Assembly (NCBI GenBank): GCA_002269645.1
Contig: NIVC01000611.1
Span: forward strand, 62,001 to 126,000
Length of the DNA stretch: 64,000 bases
DNA from: Macrostomum lignano
Taxonomy: Eukaryota
Direction: 5' to 3'
Part shown: positions 1-12,400 of the stretch, piece after piece
Layout: each line of letters begins with the position of its first letter
Position numbering within the stretch: position 1 is the stretch's first letter
The notes under the pieces: generated by a model
The model's database searches: none
Seen by the model: only the letters and a program-made list of their open reading frames with translations
Told to the model about the DNA's origin: nothing
Position numbers and translations under genes: made by a program

Positions 1-102
1 GCCAGCCAGGTTGAGCGCAGTCTTCTTTTTGCGACCGGTTAGGGCGTTCACGACCGGCCAGACGACCCTGTTCTGCCGTTCAGGCCCGACGGAGGCGACT
101 AA
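1..102 (-). mobile_element. Fragment of non-LTR retrotransposon ORF2-like coding sequence, running off the window edge
   Basis: Minus strand reads LVASVGPERQNRVVWPVVNALTGRKKKTALNLAG with no stop. W-x-x-V-N-x-L-T-G-R-K resembles the endonuclease-RT linker of LINE ORF2 proteins (recalled resemblance; only 34 codons visible). Confidence 0.4.
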
Positions 103-193
103 GTCATCAATAAACTCAACTGAGTTCCCTTAATCCCTGTCATCAATAAACTCAACTGAGTTCCCTTAATCCCTGTCATCAATAAACTCAACT

Positions 194-340
194 GAGTCAT
201 GGCATCTCAGCACCTCCCCATTGAGTCATGGCATCTCAGCACCTCCCCATTGAGTCATGGCATCTCAGCACCTCCTCATTGAGTCATGGCATCTCAGCAC
301 CTCCCCATTGAGTCATGGCATCTCAGCACCTCCCCATTGA
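194..340. repeat. 29-bp minisatellite (TGAGTCATGGCATCTCAGCACCTCCCCAT), about 5 copies
   Basis: Direct tandem units; the same unit recurs at ~51275-51690. Confidence 0.9.
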
Positions 341-984
341 GCCTCTGCATCACAGAAACTCTCTATTGGGCCTTATGAAGTTCAGGCTTCAGACTTAAGC
401 TCAACCAATGCAACCTTCAATGTAGTGCGCCAAGTTCCTCGCCGGCTAATACATTTTAAAACGAGATTTTAGCATGAATTAATTTTGACATTTTTTAGAT
501 GTTTTGCGTTCTTTTATGGAAAAAATGTTACTAAAATTTTTTTCAGTGGGTTCTGTCTGTGTTGTAGGTGCTGTTCCGGTGGTCTGCTACTAAATTATAG
601 TGAAATAATTAGTTATATCTTTGAGAAAATGCATCCCATCAATTCCTTAGCTGTTGTGAAAGTCGCATTCAGTCACTTGTTAATATCATTATTTTTTGTT
701 TGAATCTAGGCATCTGTCTGTTAGTTTATTTGTTAAAATATGCTGCTGGGCATTTTGAATTCTACACTTCTCTATAACTTGTGCTCATCGACACTATGAA
801 TGTGCCTTTATAGGTGATGCGATTATAATGGCTGTCCTGGTGTTAGTGCTTCAGCAATGCTTAATATATTATTAATAAATGTCTGCAAATGGTGTACCTG
901 TTTTAGCCATAGTTTTAATCTGGTGTTCACCGCGACTCACATGTACTAATTTCAAGATCACTGTTATTTAGTAGACACCATTCA

Positions 985-1487
985 CTATCTAATAAATTGG
1001 CATTCACTATCCAAGGAATCGCCATTCACTATCTATAAGGAATCGCCATTCACTAAGGAATTGGCATTCACTAAGGAATCGCCATTCACTAAGGAATTGG
1101 CATTCACTAAGGAATCGCCATTCACTAAGGAATTGGCATTCACTAAGGAATCGCCATTCACTAAGGAATTGGCATTCACTAAGGAATCGCCATTCACTAA
1201 GGAATCGCCATTCACTAAGGAATCGCCATTCACTAAGGAATCGCCATTCACTAAGGAATCGCCATTCACTAAGGAATCGCCATTCACTAAGGAATCGCCA
1301 TTCACTAAGGAATCGCCATTCACTAAGGAATTGGCATTCGCTAAGGAATTGGCATTCGCTAAGGAATCGCCATTCACTAAGGAATCGCTATTCACTAAGG
1401 AATCGCCATTCACTAAGGAATCGCCATTCACTAAGGAATCGCCATTCACTAAGGAATCGCCATTCACTAAGGAATTGGCATTCGCTA
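985..1487. repeat. 18-bp minisatellite (ATTCACTAAGGAATCGCC) just upstream of the DDX55 start
   Basis: Tandem units; source of spurious ORFs 1033..1467 and 1061..1513. Confidence 0.95.
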
Positions 1488-1521
1488 TTAAAAGAAATCG
1501 CTACACCTCTTGATCTTCTGC

Positions 1522-4500
1522 ATGCGGCAGGAGCAGCAATCGCAGCAGCCCCTCCCCCGGCCAAGCGGCTGGCAGCTGGACAGAGTCGAGCTGTCCCCAG
1601 CTGCCCAATCCGCCATCGCGGCTCTTGGCTTCGCTGCGCCAACCCCAGTCCAGCGAGCCTGCATCCCGCTGCTGCTCAGCAACAAGGATGTAGCGGCGGA
1701 GGCTGTGACGGGGTCGGGCAAAACCCTGGCTTACCTGTTGCCGGCTCTGGAGCTGCTGTCCCGCCGGCCGGAGCCTTGGGGCCGCGGAGAAACCGGCGCC
1801 GTGATTGTGGCGCCGACAGCTGAGCTGGCCAGGCAGGTGAGCGGAGTGCTGGCTCTCCTGCTGCCGCACTATGAGCGGCATCGCCAGCCCGGCAGCTGTG
1901 GCCAGCTGCTGCTCACTAGGGGCTGCTCGCAGGCTGAGATTGATGCGGCTCTGGCTAAGGTGAGTACTATGAGGCTGGGATAATGCTAAAACTCCCGATA
2001 TACCAAGATCTCTATTGGTATACCCCTATTAGTAAGACCCCTATTTCCAAGTTCCCCATTCCCAATACTCTATTTCCAAGTTCCCCATTCCCAATACTCT
2101 ATTTCCAAGTTCCCCATTCCCAATACTCTATTTCCAAGTTCCCCATTCCCAAGTTCCCCATTCCCAAGATCCCCATTCCCAAGCTCCCCATTTCCCAGAT
2201 CATCACTCCTCAGATCCCCACTCCCCAGATCCCCACTCCCCAGATCCCCATTCACCAGATCTCCATTCCCAAGATCCCCATTCCCAAGATCCCCATTCCC
2301 AAGCTCCCCATTTCCCAGATCATCACTCCCCAGATCCCCACTCCCCAGATCCCCATTCACCAGATCTCCATTCCCAAGATCCCCATTCCCAAGATCCCCA
2401 TTCCCAAGATCCCCATTCCCAAGCTCCCCATTTTCCAGATCATCACTCCTCAGATCCCCACTCCCCAGATCCCCACTCCCCAGATCCCCACTCCCCAGAT
2501 CCCCATTCACCAGATCTCCATTCCCAAGATCCCCATTTCCAAGACCCCCATTCCCAAGATCCCCATTCCCAAGCTCCCCATTTCCCAGATCATCACTCCC
2601 CAGATCCCCACTCCCCAGATCCCCATTCACCAGATCCCCATTTCCAAGACCCCTATTTCCAAGTTCCCCATTCCCAAGACTCTATTTCCAAGTTCCCCAT
2701 TCCCAAGACCCCTATTCCCAAGATCCATATTCCCAAAATCCTCATTCCCAATCCCAAGATCCCCATTCCCAAGATCCTCATTCCCAACATCAAGATCCTC
2801 ATCCCCAAGATCCGTCCTGTGAAGTTATGAGCCGAGTACGCAAACGAGACGAGTATTTGCAAATTGGAAGTGGAAAAACACACGCGAAATCTTATGCGTG
2901 GTGTCGCAGTATTTATTAAATTGAATTCACTTAGCATAAATTACTAGATTGAGATTAGGGGTGGGTGCCGCGCTGGCCAACAAAGAGAGAAGAAAGTGAA
3001 TTAGATAACTCCAGCCCCCGACGCTGGGGTGGCAAGGGTGCACTAGAACTAAAACTCAAATAACAAATAATAATAATCTAACTGAGTGAACTATTAAGTG
3101 GCCAATGCCATACGTATAACTAAGCTATCTGACACGTCCCATGATCCCCATTCCCAAGATCCCCATTCCCAAGTTCCCCATTCCCAAGATCCCCATTCCC
3201 AAGATCCCCATTCCCAAGATCCCCATTCCCAAGATCCCCATTCCCAAGTTCCCCATTCCCAAGATCCTCAAAGCCTCAGCCTCCCCCAAACACGCAGGGC
3301 GCCACCCTGGTCGTAGCCACCCCGCGGCGTCTCAGCGACCTGTTGGAGTCGAGCTGCTCAACCGGCGAGCGGCTTCGCTCGGCTCTGCGCTCGGTGGAGC
3401 TGCTGGTGCTGGACGAAGCGGACCGGCTGCTGCAGCAGGGCTTCCGCCCGGCCCTGGACGCCCTGCTGTCCCGCCTGCCGAAGCAGCGCCGCACGGGGCT
3501 GTTCAGCGCTACGCAGACTCGCGAGCTGGAGCAGCTGGTGCGGGCCGGCCTGCGCAACCCGGTGTCGGTGCGGGTGACAGAGAAGCTGGCCAGGGTGCCG
3601 GCCGGCCTCACCAACCTCTACTGCGAGATTGCGGCCGATAAGAAACTGGACTTCCTGTGCACCTTTTTGATGGAGCATGCCGCTGAGCAGAAGGTTAGTT
3701 AGAGCTCCGTGTCACTGGCGATGATGTCTGGGATTTAAATTAGTCTTCCGAAGATATTGGGATATGGGGATTTCAGTTGGGATATGAGGATTTCAGTTGG
3801 GATTTGGGGTTTTCAGTTAAGTTGTGGGGATTTCAGTTGGGATATGAGGTCTGAGGATTTCCGTTGGATTATGGGGATTTCAGTTGGGATATGGGGATTT
3901 CAGTTGGGATATGGGGATTTCAGTTGAGATTTCGGGTTTTCAGTTAAGTTGTGGGGATTTCAGTTGGGATATGGGGATTTCAGTTGGATATTGGGGATTT
4001 TAGTTGGGATATGGGATTTGAGTAGATTGTTGGGATTTGGGAAAATTTTTGGGATTTGAGTAGATTTTTGGGATTAGAGTAACATCGCTGCCAATAATCT
4101 CCCGCAGGTGCTGGTATTCGTGGCCACCTGTGCCGTAGCGGACTACCTGGCCAAGGCGCTGCGCCAGCTCCGCCCCGACCTGCCGCCGCTGTCCGCCATC
4201 CACGGCCGGATGCGCAAGAAGCGCCGCTCCGTGTTCGCCGCCTTCGCCAGCTGCCGCTCCGGCGCCCTCGTCTGCACCGACGTCCTGGCTCGCGGCGTCG
4301 ACTTGCCCGACGTTGCCTGGGTGCTGCAGCTGGACCCGCCCACCAGCACCGAGCATTTCGTGCACCGCTGCGGCCGCACCGCCCGCATTGGCCGACTGGG
4401 CCGGGCCATGCTGCTGCTGCAGCCGCACGAGCTGGAGTACGTGGAGTTCCTCAGGCTGAACCAGGGCGTTGCGGTGAGCAACTGGGGCTCGTCTCATGGC

Positions 4501-7500
4501 TGAGATTCAACCCCATGAGTATGAGCTTGGTCTCTATTGCGAGTGAGATTCGTCTCTATGTAGAGTGAGATTCGTCTCTATCTAGAGTGAGATTCGTCTC
4601 TATCTAGAGTGAGATTCGTCTCTATCTAGAGTGAGATTCGTCTCTATCTAGAGTGAGATTCGTCTCTATCTAGAGTGAGATTCGTCTTTAATCTAGAGTG
4701 AGATTCGTCTCTATCTAGAGTGAGATTCGTCTCTAATCTAGAGTGAGATTCGTCTCTATCTAGAGTGAGATTCGTCTCTATCTAGAGTGAGATTCGTCTC
4801 CATCTAGAGTGAGATTCGTCTCTATCTAGAGTCACATTCGTCTCTATCTAGAGTGAGATTCGTCTCTATCTATAGTGAGATTTGTCTCTATCTAGAGTCA
4901 GATTCGTCTCTATCTAGAGTGAGATTCGTCTCTATCTAGAGTCAGATTCGTCTCTATCTAAAGTGATATTCTTCTCTACCTATAGGGAGAATCATCTCTA
5001 TTTAGAGTGAGATTTTTCCCTATCTAGTATGTGGGATTCGTCTAGCTGTAGAAAGGCTTCATTAATGTGTCCGCTCGCATAGTCGCCTATTAGTTTGAAC
5101 TCAGCAGCAGTTAACTCTCTTCCATTTCAACTCCAGCAGCTGTCTCACCCACCCGTCTCGTTCCATCAGGTGGAGCGCCAGGAGCTTCAGCAGGTGTACA
5201 GCAGTCTGACAGACTTGGGCCCGCAGCTGCGCCAGCTGTGCAGTCGGGACCGCCTGCTGTGCGAGAAATCCGTCCGAGCTTTCGTGTCCTACGTGCAGTT
5301 CTACAGGAAGCACGAGTGCCGCCTGCTGTTCCGCCTGCGCGACCTCAACATCGGCCGACTGGCCACGGCGTTCGGGCTGCTGCGCCTGCCCAGAATGCCC
5401 GAGCTGCGCAAGCTGCCCGTGACCGACTTCGACCCGGTCAAGGACGTCGACGTCGGGGCGATTCCGTATCTGGATCGGAGCGTTCGGCGGCAGCGGGCGA
5501 AGCAGGAGCAGCTGCGGCAGGTGCGTGTAGCGAATCCCTTTCCATTTACATTTTTGATCGCTAATCTCATTTTATAATTCTTGATCCCAAATCCCATTTT
5601 GTAATTTCTGATCTCAGATCCCATTTTGTAATTTCTGATCCCAAATCCCATTTTGTAATTTCTGATCCCAGATCCCATTTTGTAATTTCTGATCCCAAAT
5701 CCCATTTTGTAATTTCTGATCCCAGATCCCATTTTGTAATTTCTGATCCCAAATCCCATTTTGTAATTTCTGATCCCAGATCCCATTTTGTAATTTCTGA
5801 TCCCAGATCCCATTTTGTAATTTCTGATCTCAAATCCCATTTTGTAATTTCTGATCCCAAATCCCATTTTCTAATTTCTCTAATTTCTGATTCCAGTTCC
5901 ATTTCTTAATTTCTGATCCCAGATCCCATCGGGCCATGTACGAATTTCTGATCCCAGACCCCTTTCACTAATTTCTGATCCCAGATCCTATTCACTAATT
6001 TCTGATCCCAGATCCCATTCACTAATTTCTGATCCCAGATCCCATTTTGTAATTTCTGATCCCAGATCCCATTTTGTAATTTCTGATCCCAGATCCCATT
6101 TTGTAATTTCTGATCCCAGATCCCATTTTGTAATTTCTGATCCCAAATCCCATTTTCTAATTTCTAATTTTTCTAATTTCTGATTCCAGTTCTATTTCTT
6201 AATTTCTGATCCCCCCGCCGGGCTGAATTTAGCCGTCTTTTATCCGATGCGTTGTCCGGAGTTTAATCCGGCAGGAATAGCAAATTTACATGCAAAAAAA
6301 CGGACGAAAACCGGACGAAAAGTTTACAAAACGGATGAAAGTGTTGAAAATATGACGTTTATCCGGTTTGGTATCCGGCTGTGTGTCCGGTTATTGCCCG
6401 ATAAGTAATCCGGAGGAAGCCGGATGGGAGAGCGGAGCCAATTCCGGATGAAAACCGGATGAAATGTATGGATGTTACAGCCGGATAAGAAACCGGAGCC
6501 ATTTCCGGATCAAATGTATGGATACCTGTATACTGTCGTCGGATAATAATGGACATTCTAGATGCTTATTACTCAGCCTTAATTTGTGCTCTTTACAGCG
6601 GCTTCCAAAGGTTTGGCACAAAAATTGCACTGTGTGGCGGCTATTATAGCTACGGCTCCTGCTCCTATCTATAGCTGCTGCTCCTGCTATGATTCTGCTC
6701 GTATCTGTATGAACAAGCGAGGAGCTCTAGAGAAGCTTACTAGTAGAAAGCTTTCGGCAGGGGCGCGTCCAGAGGTTTCAGGATGGGGGGCCCATCAGGA
6801 GAGGGGAGAGAAGAGAGAGGAAGGATGAAAGAAGAGAGAAGAGATGAGATATGAGAGATGAAAGAGGGGAAAGGAGAGATGAGAGAGCAGAGACAAGAAA
6901 TGTGACAGTAGAGCTAGAACAGAGGAGAGAGGAGAGGGAAGAGAAATATGTGAGAGCAGACATGAGAGACAGTGGGAGAGAAGTGGAGTGGATGGGAGGA
7001 GAAAGGAGAAAAAAGGGGGGAGAATCGAGAGGACAAGAAGAGAGGGGAAGGGAGAGAAGAGGGAGGAGAGGAAAGAGAAGAATGGAGAAGGGAGAGAGTA
7101 GAAAGGAGAGGAGATGGGAGAGCAGGAGAGGTGAGAGATGAGAGGGAGGAGAGAGTAGAGAGGGGAGATGAGAAAGTAAAGGGGAGAAAGTTGAGAGAAG
7201 AGTGGAGAGTTGGGAGAAGAGAGGAGAGGAGAGTGAGGAGTGAGAAGAGGGGAGAGAGGAGAGAGTAGAGACGAAAGAGAAGAGAGGTGAGGGAAGATCG
7301 ACGAGAGAAGAGGGGAGAGAGGAGATCGGAAAAGAAGAGAAGAGGAAACAGAAGAGAAGATAGAAGTTTCAAAGGATCCGAGGGACATAGAGAGAGACAG
7401 GAAGCCAGAGAATTTGCCAATCTTTCGAAAGACAAGTTTTTGTTTGAGTTGACTCTAGATTTTAGAACTACGACAGATATACTTGTAGATATAAGCGAAA

Positions 7501-8829
7501 ATAATTCTGGGGATCAGAATTCCACATGTTCAAAATCCGCGGGTTTCAACAGCTAAGGTAAAAAAACTGAAAGTGGGGGCCAAAGGGGGGCCCATGGCTT
7601 TACAGGGGGGCCTGGGCCCCCTAGCCCCCCCTTGGACGGGCCACTGGCTTTCGGTAATTAAAACAGAGGATTATAAAGGCTTTAATCGAAACAGTAAGGC
7701 GATCTATATAACTTTTATCCCAACACATACATGGGCGAATGCCGCTGAAAAAATTTGTAGGGCCAGCGCCAGTTTAATTAGATGCAAATATTTCCAACGG
7801 GTATTGTAAACAGTACAATAAATAGACATGGCATGATCAAAAAAATTTCCTGTCAACATTGATGCCCGGTGGCATCTGGTTAATAGATTCGGGTACAGAA
7901 GTAAACAACGGGCACATGTCCACTCGGCAGTCTTTTCCGTGGTATTTGAGCCGCAGTCCGCGTTTTGCTTCTCCCGGTCCATTTTTGAGCCTTGTGCGCT
8001 GAAAATTGACATTGACTTCAAGTGAACTCCCTCATCCGGATTTTGTCCGTTTCACTATCCGGAAGTTTATCACTGTAAGCCGGATTCACAGCCGGATAAA
8101 AAATCGGAACAACTCCGGGTAGAAAGCTATGATTCATCCGACTTTCATCCGCTTCTTATTCCGGTTGGCAGTCCGGTTTTCATCCGCTGATCGACCGGAG
8201 CAGGAATCGGACACAATCCGGATAAAATGTGATCAATAAAAACACTTTAATCCGGTTTTGCTCCGGAGTTTCCTCCGTTTGTTAGTCCGGTAAGAACTGC
8301 CGGATCAAAACCGGATAAAAATTCATTTTCGTCCGGAAAAGTCTAAAATTACGGATTAAACCGGATGAAGGCCGGGTAAATACCGGGTACCGACAGCCAG
8401 GCGGGCCAGATCCTATCGGGCCATGTACGAATTTCTGATCCCAGACCCCTTTCACTAATTTCTGATCCCAGATCCCATTCACTAATTTCTAAACCCATAT
8501 CCCATTCTTGCTCACGATCTCCCCAATTCCCCAATCCTCAGTCATAAATCACACCTGCTGTCCCCCAGGAGAAGCCCAAAAACGACCTGTCGGCGCTGCC
8601 CGCCTACCGCCGGCTGCGGATAGAACGGCGTCGAGAGCGCGAAGCGCGCGCCGCCAAACGAAAGCGCCGCGTGCCCGGGGGCAAAGAGGACGGCGCCGGT
8701 CTTGACGACGAGGACCTGGCCGAGCTGGAGCGCGATGTCGGACTGCTGAAGAAGCTGAGAAAAGGTCGCATCAGCGCCGATCAGTTTGACGAGGCCTTCT
8801 GCCCGCGGGGGTCAGACGAGGACAACTGA
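1522..8829 (+). CDS. DDX55: DEAD-box RNA helicase DDX55/Spb4-like, 5 exons
   Basis: Exons 1522-1959, 3298-3693, 4108-4473, 5170-5520, 8569-8829; all introns GT..AG, phase 0. Motifs: Q-motif TPVQ, KDVAAEAVTGSGKT (motif I), LDEAD, SAT, RGVD, HRCGRTAR, YRKHEC, LATAFGLLRLPRMPEL, C-terminal LLKKLRKGRIS. Confidence 0.92.
2030..3270. repeat. ~15-bp CCCCATTCCCAAGAT minisatellite blocks in DDX55 intron 1 (2030-2815 and 3140-3270)
   Basis: Tandem units; produce the IPKIP pseudo-ORFs. Confidence 0.9.
3765..4080. repeat. ~20-bp GGGATATGGGGATTTCAGTT minisatellite in DDX55 intron 2
   Basis: Degenerate tandem units. Confidence 0.85.
4540..4975. repeat. 22-bp TCTAGAGTGAGATTCGTCTCTA minisatellite in DDX55 intron 3
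   Basis: Tandem units. Confidence 0.9.
5575..6213. repeat. 27-bp TTTCTGATCCCAGATCCCATTTTGTAA minisatellite in DDX55 intron 4, resuming at ~8406-8500 after a transposon insertion
   Basis: Tandem units; the variant ...GATCCC|AGATCC(C/T)ATCGGGCCATGTACG is intact at 5911-5945 and split by the insertion at 6213/8406. Confidence 0.9.
6214..8405. mobile_element. Non-autonomous DNA transposon with CCC termini and 2-bp TSD (CMC/EnSpm-like)
   Basis: TIR CCCGCCGGGCTG (6214) / CAGCCAGGCGGG (ends 8405). TSD CC inferred from the intact host repeat unit. Dense subterminal CCGGAT/ATCCGG motifs at 6240-6550 and 8035-8390. Superfamily assignment is inference. Confidence 0.75.
6758..7646. mobile_element. hAT-type MITE nested inside the previous element
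   Basis: TIR CAGGGGCGCGTCCA / TGGACGGGCCACTG; perfect 8-bp TSD GCTTTCGG at 6750-6757 and 7647-7654; interior is an AG-rich low-complexity tract (~6795-7400). Confidence 0.85.
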
Positions 8830-9458
8830 CTGAACTGGTCGGGTCGCTCATATTGCCAGCGCATTTTCTTACGCGTAAATAGAAAACTAAAGCTACTATT
8901 AGTAGTAAAATAAAAAAAGACAAATTTTAACAATGACTTGCGAGTTTATGAAGACAAAAAAAGGTTAAAAATGTACGCGAGGTAAAAGACAGCAGTGCTT
9001 ATTTTTATTTATCATTATTGTTATTACACTACAAAGCAAAGCAGACCACAGCTCGACACCAAGGCCATTCATTTATGCACACTACAGAATAACAGTTCGC
9101 GTTACATACAATACAGTACATATACTCATGATGTGCGAGTAAACTTAACGAAATGGAATTCAGTAGTTAAATATGTACATTATGTGTAAAATACGTACGT
9201 GCCAGACAATAAAATAGTAGGGTACACTATTGAAGGCCAGGACCCCAGTCTGAATAAATGTAACAGTCACAGCAAATGAGAAAAACGGGTCACTGCATAA
9301 GCCAGAGGCAGCGAAATAGTCAATCAAGCACTGTGCAGCGCATTTTCATGTGAAGCTGCTAATTATACACCAATATTTAGCTGAGTCTTGAAGATCTAAA
9401 CTCGCAGCGATGTGCAGTGCATACTACTTATTAGTAGCAAAAGTAGAACAGCGTATAT

Positions 9459-12400
9459 CTACAACCAGCGGTCTTCGGCATTTTCATCCGGCAGGGTCTT
9501 TGCCTTAGACGAGTACAACAGCGGCTGAGGCTGCGGCTGCTCAGCGTCAAAGGTGCTCAATAGGGTCAGGGTATAGTTGATGAAGGCGGCGTGGCGCAGA
9601 ATCTTCACGTGCTCGGCGCCGTCAATTACAAAGCTGCGAACCTGCGGGCGACGTGACCAAGCAAATGGGTAGGTGCAAGCATCTGGGTAGAGGCTGTAGG
9701 CTACTCAAACATTTGGGTAGATAGGGTGGAGGCTAAACAAGCATCTGGGTAGACAGGGTGGAGGCTACTCAAGCATCTGGGTATATAGGCTGTAGGCTAC
9801 TCAAGCATCTGGGTATAAAGACTGTAAGCTACTCAAGCATCTGGGTAGATAGGTGGAGGCTACTCAAGCATCTGGGTAGATAGGTGGAGGCTACTCAAGC
9901 ATCTGGGTAGACAAGGTGGAGGCTACTTGAGCATCTGGGTAGATAGATAGGCTGTAGGCTACTCAAGCATCTGGGTATATAGGCTGTAAGCTACTCAAGC
10001 ACCTGGGTATCCCGATGGGAAAAGGGCAGCCTCTAATTTTTACCCTAGCCTCAAACGCAGCCTCGAATGAACCTCAAAGTGGATTTTTTGAGGCTGGTTT
10101 GATGCTAGCCTCAAAAATAATCTTTAACCTCAAAAGAGATTGTATTTGATGCTGGATTTGAGGCTAGAGTAGAGGTTCAAATTAGAGTCTGAGATAGAGG
10201 CTAGATTCGAGGCTGGATTAGAGGCTTTTTTGAGCCTGGATTTGACGATTAATTTAGAGGCTAAATTCAAGGCTGGATTAGAGGCTTTTTTTGAGCCTGG
10301 ATTCGACGTTTAATTTAGAGGCTAAATTCGAGGCTGGATTAGAGGCTTTATTTGAGCCTGGATTTGACGTTTAATTTAGAGGCTAAATTCGAGGCTAGAT
10401 TAGAGGCTGGATTAGAGACTGAATTAGAGGCTGTATTAGAGACTGAATTAGAGGCTGGATTAGAGACTGGATTCGAGGCTGGATTAGAGACTGGATTCCA
10501 GGCTGGATTAGAGACTGGATTTGAGGCTCAATTAGAGGCTGGATTAGAGGCTGGATTAGAGACTGGATTCGAGGCTAAACTTGAGGCTGGATTAGAGACT
10601 GGATTCGAGGCTAAATTTGAGGCTGGATTAGAGGCTGGATTTGAGGCTAAATTTGAGGCTGTATTAGAGACTGGGTTAGAGGCTGGAATATCCCGCTGGG
10701 ACCCGTCGCCTGATGTCGTGCGCCTGATGGAGGATCCTTTCTGCAGCGACGATGAATCGGACGCTGCTGCATACACAGTCGGCACCGACAAAATCCTGGG
10801 CACGTGCCTTGTGAGCAGAACGCATATTGCTCTGATGCCGTTCTCGCAGCTGAATTATTCGTAGGCTAGTGGTCTTTTTATCTTTCTCGCTTTCTTTCTC
10901 CGTTTTTCTTTCTCACTTTTGAGACAATTAAAAAGTTATCAAGGTTTGGAGGTCTACTGTGTAAGTAGTGCCAAATTATATGAAAATTCACTACTCCAAT
11001 TCCCAACATGTATTCACTGAAGTGCTGAAGTGAAGTGAAGTGAACTGAAGTGAACTGAACTGAAGTGAAGAAAGATACAGGATTTTCTGTCTTATATGAA
11101 GGCTAGAAGTAATGTTTTCCATAGACATAACTGTCATGAGCCCTAGAGTCCTAGGCTAAAGTATAAACTCAAGTAAAAAAATACAAAAGAAACTAGAGAT
11201 GTTTGTCAGTGGATTTATGACACATCCCTCGTAAAAAGAAACGTGGTAGAGTTGCTCGCCTAATTATAATGCACAGGCCTGGATTATTGTGCACTGCGTA
11301 GATTATTGGGCACAGGCCCGGATTATTGAGCATAGGCCCGGATTATTGTGCAGTGCCCGGATTATTGGATTGTATTCTACCGGTTTATTAGTGCATTAAA
11401 TTCACATGTTTATAACATTTTTTACAAGGTTATTTCGTAGTCTTTGTGCTGTCATCTCCCCTTAAGCTGCCAATATTTTGTACCGATAAACTAAACTGCT
11501 CAACTGTGCTCAAATTCTGATCTATTTGATCTTATTGATTTTGAGTCCTTAATTCACTTTTTATTGTAAATATACTGTCTTTGCTCCAATAACTGCATGC
11601 TTAATTACTGCTGTTACTGTTATTACTGTTCTCAATGAGCGCGGCCGTTGCTGTGCTGTACAAATTTTTGATTCTTCCATTTTTTTAGTAAATTTTACCT
11701 TACCAGCCAGATCCCCAGTTGCTGGGTCAGCCTCTCATTGACAATCTCGAAATCGCCAGCCTTTAATCCAGCCTCTAACTGAGCATCAAATCGCCAGCCT
11801 CTAATTCAGCCTCTAATTCAGCCTCTAACTGAGCATCAAATCGCCAGCCTCTAATTGAGCCTCTAATTGAGCCTCTAATTGAGCCTCTAACTGAGCATCA
11901 AATCGCCAGCCTCTAATTGAGCCTCTAATTCAGCCTCTAATTCAGCCTCTAACTAAGCGTCAAATCGCCAGCCTCTAATTGAGCCTCTAATTCAGCCTCT
12001 AATTCAGCCTCTAACTGAGCATCAAATCGCCAGCCTCTAATTGAGCCTCTAATTCAGCCTCTAACTGAGCATCAAATCGCCAGCCTCTAATTGAGCCTCT
12101 AACTGAGCATCAAATCGCCAGCCTCTAATTGAGCCTCTAATTCAGCCTCTAATTCAGCCTCTAACTGAGCATCAAATCGCCAGCCTCTAATTGAGCCTCT
12201 AATTCAGCCTCTAACTGAGCATCAAATCGCCAGCCTCTAATTGAGCCTCTAATTCAGCCTCTAACTGAGCATCAAATCGCCAGCCTCTAATTGAGCCTCT
12301 AATTCAGCCTCTAACTGAGCATCAAATCGCCAGCCTCTAATTGAGCCTCTAATTGAGCCTCTAATTCAGCCTCTAACTGAGCATTAAATCGCCAGCCTCT

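Noticed and set aside
3705-3860. GATGATGT...CTGA in DDX55 intron 2 as a snoRNA
   Set aside because: No terminal stem, spacing too long, and the interval is minisatellite.
10352-10864. 170-aa ORF as a transposase or gene
   Set aside because: Mostly translated GAGGCT subterminal repeats; no catalytic motifs.
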